A stretch of DNA of 63,170 nt, counting the filler, from Globobulimina sp. (taxonomy: Eukaryota), in NCBI GenBank assembly GCA_003354225.1. It is 29 parts of 29 records of this genome, joined end to end, with 100 filler letters (N's around TTAATTAATTAA, not from the genome) between each part and the next. Parts side by side here need not be neighbours in the genome. Positions count along the whole stretch, not along the records: positions 10,919 to 13,001 come from PIVH01009139.1; positions 13,102 to 15,184 come from PIVH01009140.1; positions 15,285 to 17,367 come from PIVH01009141.1; positions 17,468 to 19,550 come from PIVH01009142.1; positions 19,651 to 21,732 come from PIVH01009143.1; positions 21,833 to 23,914 come from PIVH01009144.1; 23 more parts are not named here. The stretch is one strand, 5' to 3'. The first letter of the stretch is position 1. Each line of letters starts with the position of its first letter. Both the position numbers and the translations under genes were made by a program. The notes beneath the pieces were generated by a model. That model was not told the origin of the DNA. It did no database searches and saw only the letters and a list, made by a program, of their open reading frames with translations. Positions 10,949-21,964 of this stretch are shown piece after piece.

Positions 10949-12959
10949 GTGTATATTAAACTTTAATGATTTGAAAATATTATTATACAAACTCAAACTG
11001 CCGAGGATAATCATCATAATCTGTACTACATTTCAAATAAATCAAGAACTTACACATTTTAATTCAACTCTACATATAACATAAAGTCTGATTATGCAGT
11101 AATAAAAGCATCCGTTTTCATTATTTCTTCATCAATCAAGTCATTGTTATTATCGTTATCCATATCCATATCATCGTCATCCTCCTCCTCATCCTCCTCA
11201 ATGTCATCAAGTTGTTCATCCTCACTCTCATCGCCAACCACAAACTTTTCCGCATCCACTTTTAAATATGATTCAATACCCTTTGATTTCTTATTCCTTC
11301 CAAGGGCCACCGCATTGCAATGATTCGCCTCTAAAAACTTATTTACATCAAATTCCTCATCAAAGCCTTTGACAAATTTAACCTCTGTGTTTGTCTCAAT
11401 TATCTGCGGTGGCGACACATAAAACGGTATCTTGCCGTGATTCCAATCATTTATCATAAGCCGCGCCGCTCGAAATAAATCCGGCACTCCGCCGGATTTC
11501 AAATGATTGATTTTGAACGCCAATGCGGATAAAAACTCGTCATAGCTTTTAAACGACCGTTTTTTGCCCATATCAATGTCATAAATGCCAGCCAATGATT
11601 TATGATTTGCCACACTTAAAATATGCGCCACGCACGAAATGGGGTCAATGCGTTGCAATTTCAATGCATTGCGCAGCACCAATCTGGTTTCATTCTCATT
11701 GTCATTCAATATGACGCCCGGCGAATCAATTAATTTGATCATTTTATCCAACTTAACTTCCTTTAATTTGGTGGTAAAGCCCGCCGTCGAGGAGGTACCA
11801 ACGGACTGCTGCCGTTTCAACGAATTTATCACCGACGATTTGCCCGTATTGGGATAGCCAATGAAGCCCACTGTGATCGGAGTGGTTATGTCCAAAGCAA
11901 TGGAATATTTCTTGAGCAAATCGATCAATATTTGGCCACCAATGCAGCGGTTAATGTTTTTCATACTTTTATCCGAAGTCACTTTGTTATATTTCACATT
12001 GGAATGCAACTTTCTTTTTTTGACTGCGTCGAGGCTTTGAAGGCAATGACGGGATATTCGCGTTTCAAGATTTTCATCCAATCGCTGAGGATCTGCGAGG
12101 GGATTAAGTCAATTTTGTTGATCAACAATATCAGTTTTTTGTTGCCTGCAAAAGTGTTTGATTTGCCGCGAATTATTTTCTTCTCAATCAATTTGCTACG
12201 ACATCCCTGCGGGTCGCGAGCGTCTAACACCTCGACGATGACGTCGCTGTTTGCGATGACTTGGTTCAACTCTTTGAAGTAAAAATGTTTGTGCTCCCAA
12301 TCTGATCCTATTTTATTTAATTTATTTATTGAGTCAGCATAATTTGTTCAGTTTTCGTATGTCTTAACTCGGTAATTTTAACTCAGATTGGCCCCATGAT
12401 GTATTTTGCAACGATTTGGGAACTCTCAATCCTTTTTGTTGATCTTTTTTACAATTTTCAATGGCATTTTGAATATCGGATTTGCGCTGTTTCTTTTCTA
12501 TCTTTTTCTGTTCGAGTTCAATCTTCAAATCTTGTCTTCGTCGCAATGCTTTTTTGATCAAATCTTTTTTAAATGGACATAAGTTGGGCACCGCCAATTG
12601 GTTTTTTTTGTGTCGCCGTCGTGGTTTGATGCCCAATGCGATCATTTGCTTTGCATTCTTCTTGGCTTTTTTGTGAATAATGGGTGGATAATGGGTGGAA
12701 TGGGTTCATATATCTCTGTCAATTAAATTTGAAGTTCTCCGCATTTGAAAAACTTCACAACTGCTTTGTGAACAAATAATTATACTGATCGTATGGATTA
12801 CAAATAATATATAACAATTAGCACTGCAGGTAAGCAACCAATCACAAACACATATATCGTTTGCATGTTATTTGAAATGTAGTACAGATTATGATGATTA
12901 TCCTCGGCAGTTTGAGTTTGTATAATAATATTTTCAAATCATTCAAGTTTAATATACAC
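10949..12959. mobile_element. Non-autonomous TIR element carrying a captured host gene (Pack-type)
   Basis: 92-bp inverted repeats at 10949-11040 and 12868-12959 with 1 mismatch, flanked by direct TTGA (10945-10948 and 12960-12963). No transposase inside. Confidence 0.7.
11092..12678 (-). pseudogene. GNL3: Nucleostemin/GNL3/Nug1-type circularly permuted GTPase, 5'-truncated and frameshifted
   Basis: Grn1-like N-terminus (VPNLCPFKKDLI), VLDARDP, NKIDL, GYPNTGKSS, DSPG and GKIPFY. Intron 12308-12368. Frame change in the A7 run near 12015-12021. Confidence 0.8.
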
Positions 12960-13101
12960 TTGACTTTTTAGGCTTAAACTTCTAAACACTTCTTTTGTGA
13001 TNNNNNNNNNNNNNNNNNNNNNNNNNNNNNNNNNNNNNNNNNNNNTTAATTAATTAANNNNNNNNNNNNNNNNNNNNNNNNNNNNNNNNNNNNNNNNNNN
13101 N

Positions 13102-13519
13102 AATTGATAAAGAAAATATATCACCAAATCCAAATCGATCACGGAATATTATTAAAAAAATAAAAAAAAAACCAAAAGCAAAAGCAAATCGAGTTTCATT
13201 GATGGATAAAGATGAAGATGACGATGATGATGATGATGATGAAAAGGAAAAGAAACAAAGTAAAACAATTAAAAAACCAAAACGGAGATATTTAGGTTTT
13301 TCACCAAAACCTTTATCACCAAAACGGTTTGCCCGGTTTGGCCGTGGTAAAACCGTATTTATTACAAAAGGAAATGAAGATATTCAAGGATGGATTGTTG
13401 ATATAAGTCTTCACAAAATATTAATTCGATACAGAGGCGATTCAGACACAAAATTTACTCAAAAATGGTATAACAAATCAAGCAAACGTATTTTTCAAAA
13501 AAATAGAAGAAATCAATAA
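13102..13519 (+). CDS. C-terminal fragment of hypothetical protein (acidic/basic low complexity plus a small beta-rich domain)
   Basis: Open frame from the contig start to TAA 13519. Confidence 0.5.
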
Positions 13520-14022
13520 TCTATCAATGCAATCAACTTTTATTTTATTCAAAACAATTTGTTTTCTTTGACCTATGATTTCAATTTGGTTTGGTTGTGT
13601 TTACATTTATTTGTTGGATGGATAACACTGGTTTTTACTGTCTAACCATTGTTTATTTTTTATTGGGTCATATATATATTTATTTACAATTATTTACAAT
13701 CGTGCACAGAGTAGGATTTTTTTGTATAATTTAAGGTAAAAAAAATACTATTAAGAGAAGCGATAATTAACTTTTTTGGCTTAGTTTCGTTTCGTTTCAT
13801 TTCAACGATTAGCAAAGTTTTTGGGTTAGCTAGAGTGGTTTTCAACCTAGTATTCGAAGTTGACCTAGTATTCGATGACCTGTGTAGTTGTAGTATAAAT
13901 CCGATCAATTAAAGGTGTGCTATCAAAAAATGATCGGATTTATTCTTCATAAATCTTTGATACAATTTACAATAACGTATCCTTGCACAATTTACAATAA
14001 CAAACAGTAAAACACTATCATG

Positions 14023-14374
14023 TCAACGCCCCATTTGTTTATTTAGAGATATTTGTGATCCGCCGGCAAATATAGTTCCTAAGAATAATCCAGTCGTTCT
14101 TGATTGACGCCATAAAGACCTATTCAGTGGTTGTTTCTATGTATTGTCACATCAAACAAAATACTGCATGAAAAGAAATCATCCATTTGAAAATTCCATC
14201 AATTTCACTTTTTGAACCTCAAAGGATATGAAGATTATTCACCTGTATGGTTGCCACAATTCCAGCAGTCAACACTGCCGCAAGAAAGCCAGTCCCAAAC
14301 GAAGCTGCTGCAAACTGTATTCGTTGTCGCATTGTAATCTTAGGTGGTTCATAAAATCGCAAGTCTTCATCCAT
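14023..14374 (-). CDS. Small spliced Gly-rich membrane protein, possibly Romo1/Mgr2 (Tim17-like)
   Basis: Exon MDEDLRFYEPPKITMRQRIQFAAASFGTGFLAAVLTAGIVATIQ and last exon SLWRQSRTTGLFLGTIFAGGSQ. Internal splicing is unresolved. Not in the ORF track. Confidence 0.4.
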
Positions 14375-14592
14375 GAAAAGTACAAAAGTTTTCAGTGACC
14401 GAATTCATATTTTCTCTGTATCCGTGTAAAAAACACTAATCCGTTATTTTGTAGTATTATGCTCATTCGATCAACGAAACAATTGTTGCGTCAGCAATAT
14501 GGAACTCGCTATAGTATGTGATGATTATTCGAAATTTCTGGATTTTTTATTTTGTCTTTATGAATTTTTTTGTAATATGTTTGATTAAATAA

Positions 14593-15184
14593 GTGGCAAC
14601 AACGCAAACGGTGGATTTAGTGGAACAAATGAAAACGTATCCGTTTTTAAAGAAATTTATGTATGATCCTGAAGATCCAATCAAAAAAAAATGGGAAATG
14701 ATTAAAGATTGGAGTTTGCAATGTCAAAAAAATCCGGAAATTACGGACAAACAATTTAAAGTTCTCCGGCAAAGATATGGTGTGTTTTCTATAAATCTGC
14801 AAATCCGTAAATCCGTAAATCCGTTTCAAAAAAACTACAACACTTCAGAATTAACTCCGTTATATGACGATAATTCACTGACTGAAAATAATCCATTTTT
14901 GAAAGATGTGTTTGAAAGAATAAAAGACCCGGATAAGTATAATAAAACCAACCAATATGCTTTGAGTGATGCTCAATTTGAAGTAACAAAGAGAATTGTT
15001 AATGAAAATATTGCTGTAAATCATTTTTTATCCAAATTGCCACAATTAATGGTAGATTCTAAAAAAGAAATTGATAAACTACCGTATAGAAAGTTGGATT
15101 ATACGAGATTTGAAATGACTGTCAAAGCTTGGGGTAAATACAAGTTTTTATCCTATGGCCATCCAAAAATGATTCAACTTTATA
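14593..15184 (+). CDS. Hypothetical protein, 3'-truncated
   Basis: Open frame of about 197 codons to the contig end, no recognised motif. Confidence 0.5.
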
Positions 15185-15284
15185 NNNNNNNNNNNNNNNN
15201 NNNNNNNNNNNNNNNNNNNNNNNNNNNNTTAATTAATTAANNNNNNNNNNNNNNNNNNNNNNNNNNNNNNNNNNNNNNNNNNNN

Positions 15285-15854
15285 GGTGTCGTTCCATATT
15301 CAGTGTACACTGATTTGGGAAACGAATTTGCCTTGGTAAATCAACTAATAGGTACTCACCACCTTACCACACACGGCAGATCACAAAAAGCATATTTGGC
15401 AGAAAAGACTTTGGCTCAAATAAGGTCAAAATTAAACCGATTTTCTACTTACAAGGGAAATAAGAAAGTTTTGGACATCGGTGCCTCAATCCCTGCTATA
15501 TTGCAATCGATTAATAGCACTCCCAGTGCGGTTACCGGTCTGAGTCCAGAAGAAGCATCTTTGCCCAAGAACAGTGGAATAGTTTTTCATAAAAGGTATT
15601 CTAAGTATTTGAGAGAAAAAGCTGAAGCTGTCATAAACCCCAAGTTTCCTGTTGGCACGTTTGTAAGGGTTTCCATTCCTGACCAAGCAAACACTTTCCT
15701 CAAGAAAAGTAAACCGGGATTCTCAGAGGAAGTTTTTTCTATTTCGAAAGTGCGTGACACTTTTCCAGTTACCTACGAAGTAATCGATTCTAAAGGAACT
15801 CCTATACAAGGTTATTTTGAAGAGAAAAACCTTCTAAAAGCGGAAATTCAATAA
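15285..15854 (+). CDS. Retroviral-like (rve) integrase of Polinton type, C-terminal half
   Basis: YTDLGNEF and KAYLAEK (DDE residues), then PKFPVGTFVRVS...FSEEVF...PVTYEVID...IQGYF, typical of Polinton integrases. Confidence 0.88.
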   Translation, partial: GVVPYSVYTDLGNEFALVNQLIGTHHLTTHGRSQKAYLAEKTLAQIRSKLNRFSTYKGNKKVLDIGASIPAILQSINSTPSAVTGLSPEEASLPKNSGIVFHKRYSKYLREKAEAVINPKFPVGTFVRVSIPDQANTFLKKSKPGFSEEVFSISKVRDTFPVTYEVIDSKGTPIQGYFEEKNLLKAEIQ

Positions 15855-15862
15855 TAATAATA

Positions 15863-16615
15863 ATGAAACTTCCAGACAATTTTACCGTTTTCATCACTAA
15901 CAAAGGTGATAACATGTGGGAGCATGGTGAATTTACTGCGCAGTTACCAGAAACGTTAAAATTTGATTCACAATATTCAGTAACAGTCAAATCCCTGAGT
16001 GTCGACTTTAGTGTATTGAATATAACTCAAGATTCTGTGATCTATTATAAACCCGATGGCGAGGAAGAATATCGTGAAGTTGTCTGCAATCTGGCTAATT
16101 GTGATGTGATCGATTGCCTGCTTGCAGAACTAAATTCTCACCTCCCAGCATCTGTTAGATTGAAATTGGATGTGGTTGAAAATAACAGAAAAGTCAAACT
16201 GTTTCTAAGAGACCATGTGCATGTGAAATTTTCTGAAATTTTGGCTGACCAGCTTGGATTTTTGCATGATAAGATTTATATGGTAAACACTATCGCAGAA
16301 AGACTTCCTGACGTTTATACCATGTACAGTCCCATGTTATTATTTTGTCCCCTAGTCGCCAATCAAATAACTCATGTTGGCCCATTGCCGGTGCTAAGAG
16401 TGATTGATTTCAATGGTGAAAGGACAAATTATGGTAGAAATTTAACTTTCACATTCGACGGTAGCGATAGATGGGTAAAATTGGCAACCAGCCAATTCAA
16501 CAGAATTCCCATGAAATTCACGTGCAAAGATTTCGTAACCCCGCCCACATTCATACGTCATAGTTCTTGCGTAATCGAGCTTGTGTTTCGCCGTGAACAG
16601 CTGGCACTTTTTTAA
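15863..16615 (+). CDS. Minor capsid (penton-like) protein
   Basis: N-terminal FTAQLPETLKFDSQYSV, C-terminal PVLRVI and IELVFRR. Size and position fit a Polinton minor capsid. Confidence 0.75.
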   Translation: MKLPDNFTVFITNKGDNMWEHGEFTAQLPETLKFDSQYSVTVKSLSVDFSVLNITQDSVIYYKPDGEEEYREVVCNLANCDVIDCLLAELNSHLPASVRLKLDVVENNRKVKLFLRDHVHVKFSEILADQLGFLHDKIYMVNTIAERLPDVYTMYSPMLLFCPLVANQITHVGPLPVLRVIDFNGERTNYGRNLTFTFDGSDRWVKLATSQFNRIPMKFTCKDFVTPPTFIRHSSCVIELVFRREQLALF

Positions 16616-16635
16616 CATGATTTGTCACTGTTGGT

Positions 16636-17085
16636 ATGGCTTATAGTGGTGGACATCCGCCTAATACTGTACAGCAGAATTTTGTAAAAAAATTTGAACA
16701 TATCCTGTCTGATGGTGAGTCAACTCAAAAATTGACCAACCCATATTTTCAATATACCCACGGCTTCAACGAACCCCTGCCCACAGGTGGACATTGCGAT
16801 TCTAGTCGGGCTCTGAAAACCATAAAATTTCCAGAATTTCCCGAAAATTCCGATAATAAAAAGACTAAAAGAAAGGTAGCTAAGCCTCTTAAAGTTGCTA
16901 AAGGAGGCAAGACAAAGAAGAATAATAAAGGAGGAAATCTAGGAAAAACCAAAAAAGCGGGGACAAAAGCCAAAACCAATAAAGGAGGCCGCAAACCAAC
17001 CAAGAAAATAGCAAAAAAGACAAGAAAGTTAACAAAAAACCAAGTCCTCTCTGAAGTCAAAAAGTTGATTGCCAAAATTAAATAG
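16636..17085 (+). CDS. Lys-rich putative DNA-binding core protein
   Basis: Highly basic C-terminal half with repeated xGG motifs. Lies between penton and major capsid. Confidence 0.55.
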   Translation: MAYSGGHPPNTVQQNFVKKFEHILSDGESTQKLTNPYFQYTHGFNEPLPTGGHCDSSRALKTIKFPEFPENSDNKKTKRKVAKPLKVAKGGKTKKNNKGGNLGKTKKAGTKAKTNKGGRKPTKKIAKKTRKLTKNQVLSEVKKLIAKIK

Positions 17086-17095
17086 TACTTGCAAT

Positions 17096-17350
17096 ATGCC
17101 TCCAAAGCGACCAAGAAGAGCCACAACTCCTAAGAATGATATCCAAGTCAACATACAACCAATAGTCGACATTCCAAATCTCAACCTATTTATGAGGAAA
17201 GAATTGCAACTACAAATCCAGGAAACCCATAAAGAATCTATTTTGCCAACAGGTACACACCAAACAAATGTGTTCCAAAGTTAAGGCATTTATCGCTGGT
17301 TGTTTTTCAGGTGTAGTTCAAGAAGGTGGTGAAATTGTGTTCAATATAAA
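17096..17350 (+). CDS. Major capsid protein, 5' exons (intron 17253-17310; second donor at 17351)
   Basis: Spliced reading MPPKRPRR...LNLFMRKELQLQIQETHKESILPTG/VVQEGGEIVFNI matches the Polinton MCP N-terminal pattern (LDLF...P...GPIEF). Confidence 0.7.
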
Positions 17351-17486
17351 GTAATACTATTAATTTTNNNNNNNNNNNNNNNNNNNNNNNNNNNNNNNNN
17401 NNNNNNNNNNNTTAATTAATTAANNNNNNNNNNNNNNNNNNNNNNNNNNNNNNNNNNNNNNNNNNNNCCTTTGTAATATCGGATGG

Positions 17487-17855
17487 TTATGGTACCGGTG
17501 ATGCTGATACTGATGGTTTGGTTATTTCATGCAACGATTTCCATTTTAAATATACTAAATTGATGCGATAAAATACTAAGCCATACATAGCAAAGGTTAA
17601 CGATAAGACGCAATCATATACTATTTGATGCTCAACAATTTCTGATGATACATGATAATCAAATAAGAAATGTTCGATGAGTAATAATGTTTGCCCAAAG
17701 AATGCAATGCAAAATAACATTTGTGAAACATGAGGGAATCTTTTTTGAAACAAAAAATGGCCTTTAAATTGATGCCATTTCAGGAGTGCGAATACATAGA
17801 ATGGTAATGTTAGAATCCATAATAATAATTGTATAATGGTTCGAGTGCGTAGCAT
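17487..17855 (-). CDS. Multi-pass membrane protein (7TM-like N-terminal part)
   Basis: Three hydrophobic helices and an FxxKRFP motif shared in style with the 7TM region at 22998. Confidence 0.5.
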   Translation of the reverse strand: MLRTRTIIQLLLWILTLPFYVFALLKWHQFKGHFLFQKRFPHVSQMLFCIAFFGQTLLLIEHFLFDYHVSSEIVEHQIVYDCVLSLTFAMYGLVFYRINLVYLKWKSLHEITKPSVSASPVP

Positions 17856-17908
17856 TGTTATTGTTAGCGCTTAAAAACGTTTTTGTGGTTCTCGAAAACG
17901 TAGAAATA

Positions 17909-18838
17909 ATGTCAGATGACCGGTTTTTAAATGCACAATTGTTCAACCAATATGGAACAACAACAGAAGAAGAAGAGGAAGACTTGGACAAACATCAAAT
18001 GTCATGCACTGAAACAATCTGTAGGCCATTAGGAATATGGGCTCTTTTAGGGATATGTTACTATGTAATTATCACTGCAGTTGGACATATTTGGGGCTTG
18101 GAGGATCAATCATTGTTTGAGTACACTGTCTGTGTACTGATATTTGCAGTCGTAGGCCAAGTTTATGTGCTTGTTGGAGTTAACGGTGAAAAGGAACCCG
18201 GATGGGCCGGATCTAAACAATCAATAAAATATGTGTTGCCATATGTGGTGGTTTGTTGTGTGAATATATTTATGCACACTTATTTTGCTCGGGAGCATGA
18301 ACATTATTTGCCTTATTCCATAGCATTTATTTGTTGTGATTTTGGCTCATTATTTTATATTTCATGGATTTTTTATGGACTTAATTTTAAAGCAAACAGA
18401 TGGCTGAGACGATGGAATTTTTTCTTCGAATGGTTCGATCTGTTATCGCAGATAGCTGTTGTTATAATTTATTCATATTTGGCTGTTGACACTGATCAAA
18501 CAACACGGTATGAAAATGCATTTTGGATTTGCATCTTGATTCAATTGACATTGTGGGTCATCCCAATTGTAATGCGTTCCGGAGTTAAAAAACGCACATG
18601 CTTAAGACAGATATTTTGGGTGGATTTATTGACAGATATTCCATTATTAGTCATTAATTTATGTTCAAAAGCCTATGTGTTACAATTTTGGATTTTGATT
18701 GATTTGATCATTAAAATATTGATTATGGCGGGGTTATATATGTTTTTTGTATATATTATCGAAAAAAGGATGCAAATTCAATACTTGATATTTTTAGAAT
18801 TTGTGAATGTTGTGATGGAAATTAGATGTAATGAATGA
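17909..18838 (+). CDS. Multi-pass membrane protein
   Basis: About 310-codon ORF with many hydrophobic segments. First ATG at 17909. Confidence 0.6.
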   Translation: MSDDRFLNAQLFNQYGTTTEEEEEDLDKHQMSCTETICRPLGIWALLGICYYVIITAVGHIWGLEDQSLFEYTVCVLIFAVVGQVYVLVGVNGEKEPGWAGSKQSIKYVLPYVVVCCVNIFMHTYFAREHEHYLPYSIAFICCDFGSLFYISWIFYGLNFKANRWLRRWNFFFEWFDLLSQIAVVIIYSYLAVDTDQTTRYENAFWICILIQLTLWVIPIVMRSGVKKRTCLRQIFWVDLLTDIPLLVINLCSKAYVLQFWILIDLIIKILIMAGLYMFFVYIIEKRMQIQYLIFLEFVNVVMEIRCNE

Positions 18839-18950
18839 TACAAACATAATCATCACTAAACGCCAATTAATCAACACATCGCTCGTAAATCCCGCATATC
18901 CTTCATTTTCTAATGAGGTTTTTTTTGTTACTCTAATCTAATACCTTAGC

Positions 18951-19550
18951 ATGCACTTTTGTATTATGATGGTATTCTTCTTAAATGTAATGAAAGCAAT
19001 GTATGACAACTATTCCTCTGGCTTGTCCTATGGACAAAAATATCTGATGAATGACTGTTGGTCAATACTTGCTGCGTTACCAACCAATCACTTACAGATG
19101 GAGCCATCATTATTTTCACTCGTCATCAAAAATAATTCTAATCCTGAAATTACGGAAGTTGTGTCATATTTGATGAAAACATGCTTGTTAAGATATCAGG
19201 AAATGTTGGCACAAACTATAAGAAATGATCAAGTACTACAATCTAAGCATACCAGTATTATTGCAACAAATTTAACTAAACAGAACCTAATGGTTTTCGA
19301 TTTGGATGAAACGTTAATTGACCAACGCTGCCAACGAAGACCGTTGCTTGAAATGCCAAGAATGGTTTATGATATCGATACAATCATATCAAGTGAACAT
19401 AATGCAAGAGATTTAGTTTTTGGTTTTAAAGTCATTAGACCGCATTTTGCGAATTTAATCATTTTCAGACAATACTTAATGGAGTTCATTGATGAAACCT
19501 GCCAAGCCTCGAATTTTGGTATTTACTCAATGGGTAACTGGCAAGCCGTT
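18951..19550 (+). CDS. FCP1/NIF-like HAD phosphatase, 3'-truncated
   Basis: LMVFDLDETL (DxDxT) and later FRQYLMEFI...GIYSMG. Confidence 0.7.
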
Positions 19551-19902
19551 NNNNNNNNNNNNNNNNNNNNNNNNNNNNNNNNNNNNNNNNNNNNTTAATT
19601 AATTAANNNNNNNNNNNNNNNNNNNNNNNNNNNNNNNNNNNNNNNNNNNNTTTCTGACTGTTTTCTGGGTATAAAATGATATTAGAATTATTTTCAGAGG
19701 AAATCGTTTTTCTGATCATTTTCTAACATTTTCTGATCATTTTCAAATTAAAATTGTTTTCTGGTGATATTCTGAAATTTGTCTAATCATTTTCTAATAT
19801 CAGAAAAGTGATAGACAAATATTAGAAAAACACCAAAAGCAATCATATAAATACATTTTTCCTTCCATATGTATCCATGCGCATAATAACCAGCACATTT
19901 AT

Positions 19903-20779
19903 ACACATAATAACCATAATATATGCGAATAATATGCAGTAATGGCACCAAATTCATCAATAAATAAATACCGGTGTCTATTCACACACCGTTTGGCACC
20001 AAAATCACCCATAAATAAATACGGTGTTTATCTACACACCGTTTACCGCGAAAATCGCCCATAAATAAATACGGTGTCTATTTACAGACCGTTTGGCGCT
20101 GAAATCATCCATAAATAAATACGGTGTTTATTTACACACCGTTTACCGCCAATAGCATCCATAAATATGTCCGGTGTCTATGTACACCGTTTGCCGCCAA
20201 TATAATAATGCTGCGATGGCAGTGTATCATCCATAAATAAATCCGGTGTCCATTTACACACCGTTTGTTATCAATATAATGTTTAAATTAAATAAAACTA
20301 AACCAACATTATCTCAAGTTTCCAAAGTTTAGTTAAGTTGTTTTTCAATCTCAAGTTTAATGTTAACTGCGTAATAAAATAATATTGAAAGTATAAACAA
20401 AAGAAACTAAGTTATATTGAATTAATTGAAAGCAAATAAAATGAACTAAAATAATATTTATGGATGATACACTGCCATCGCAGCATTATTATACTGGCGG
20501 CAAACGGTGTACATAGACACCGGACATATTTATAGGTGGATTTTGCGGTAAACGGTGTGTACAGTAACACCGTATCTATTTATGGGTGGATTTGGCGGTA
20601 AACGGTGCGTAGTACTGCGTACATAGACACCGTATTTATTTATGGATGATTTCGGCGCCAAACGGTGTGTAAATAGACACCTGACTTATTTATGGTATTT
20701 ATGGGTGATTTTGGTGTCAAACGGTGTGTAAATAGACACCGTATTTATTAATTCGTATATTATTATGGTTATTATGTGT
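19903..20779. mobile_element. Foldback-type element: long inverted arms of ~55-bp palindromic tandem units
   Basis: About six CCATAAATAAATACGGTGTCTATTTACACACCGTTTGGCGCC-like units at 19940-20270 are mirrored at 20455-20750. Outer IR ACACATAATAACCATAAT/ATTATGGTTATTATGTGT. AT-rich spacer. Confidence 0.8.
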
Positions 20780-21964
20780 TGTGTTGTGTTTGGTTGTATA
20801 AAACCTCATTTGGCAATGGAATAATAAAAAGCCTTTTAAAATATTAGGTTTTGTTTGGAAAATGTTTGATTTGTATCAGAAAACATTTCTGATATCAGAA
20901 AAAAAATATATTATATTGGAAAATCATTTTATGACTTTTTCTGATACAAACTTTGAAAACGCCAAACCTTGTCAGAAAATGCTTTTCAAATTTTGAAAAT
21001 GTTTTGAAAAAGCCAGGAAATACTTTTCTAAATCAGAATTTGAAAACGCTGCAGCTTTGACCTCATCTCCTTTTTTGGCTTCCATTTTCTGAGAATCCAA
21101 ATTATTTGTGTGGTTATATCTATTATTGATTGCCTGCTATTTGTCTATATTGTTTATATTTTAATATTTTATTCGTTATGAGTTATGTTGCCCCTGCAAT
21201 CCCAATTGACCCTATCACTGGAAAATTATTACGCCGACCTTTCTGTGAATATGTGGTACTGAATTCGCTGGTGATATGTCCCTACCTGACCCTGGCTGGA
21301 CTTGTACTTTGTGTAATGAGACCTATTCGTTTGAATTTGCACAACGTACATATACAATATACATATACAATTTTACATCACGATAACAATATACACAAAA
21401 GCCGGGAACATAATATTTAATTATTAAATATGAAACCCTTTAATTATTAAATGCATGTATTGTTACAGTGGGTAAATTGAAACAAAAACAATTTTTTTTG
21501 CATATTTTATTATCATTTTTTTGTGATTTTATCCAATTATGATACCATTGGTTCCAGCCTTTATCTGTTCCAAATACTGCATCACAAAATATTTCAGTTT
21601 CAGAATAATTACCAATATTTTTGGAATGGTGAAAAAGCTCTGTATTTATCCATAGGATTTTGATCATAAAAAAAGCTATGATCACATATTCTGTACGTAT
21701 AAATTTGATATGAAAGTAGATGCTAGAGTTTCNNNNNNNNNNNNNNNNNNNNNNNNNNNNNNNNNNNNNNNNNNNNTTAATTAATTAANNNNNNNNNNNN
21801 NNNNNNNNNNNNNNNNNNNNNNNNNNNNNNNNGAATTAGTTTTTCGATATTTTGTTTTTTAATTCATGATTTATTTTTCGATAAATATAAAATGACAAAA
21901 ACTTTTTTCGAAAATCTTAGTGTTCAATCAGTTCCAAAACTTACTAGCTTGGTCAATAGTAGGC

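Larger units (their letters stand above)
15285..17367 (+). mobile_element. Polinton/Maverick/adintovirus-like element fragment A
   Basis: Tightly packed integrase, minor capsid, basic core-like protein and major capsid on one strand. Confidence 0.85.

Noticed and set aside
15185-17467. Integration of the Polinton-like or phage genes next to the flanking eukaryotic genes
   Set aside because: Neighbours are separate contigs joined by linkers. No virus-host junction is visible.
19940-20750. CRISPR array
   Set aside because: Units are palindromic but contiguous and degenerate, with no unique spacers. The arrays are inverted and there are no cas genes.
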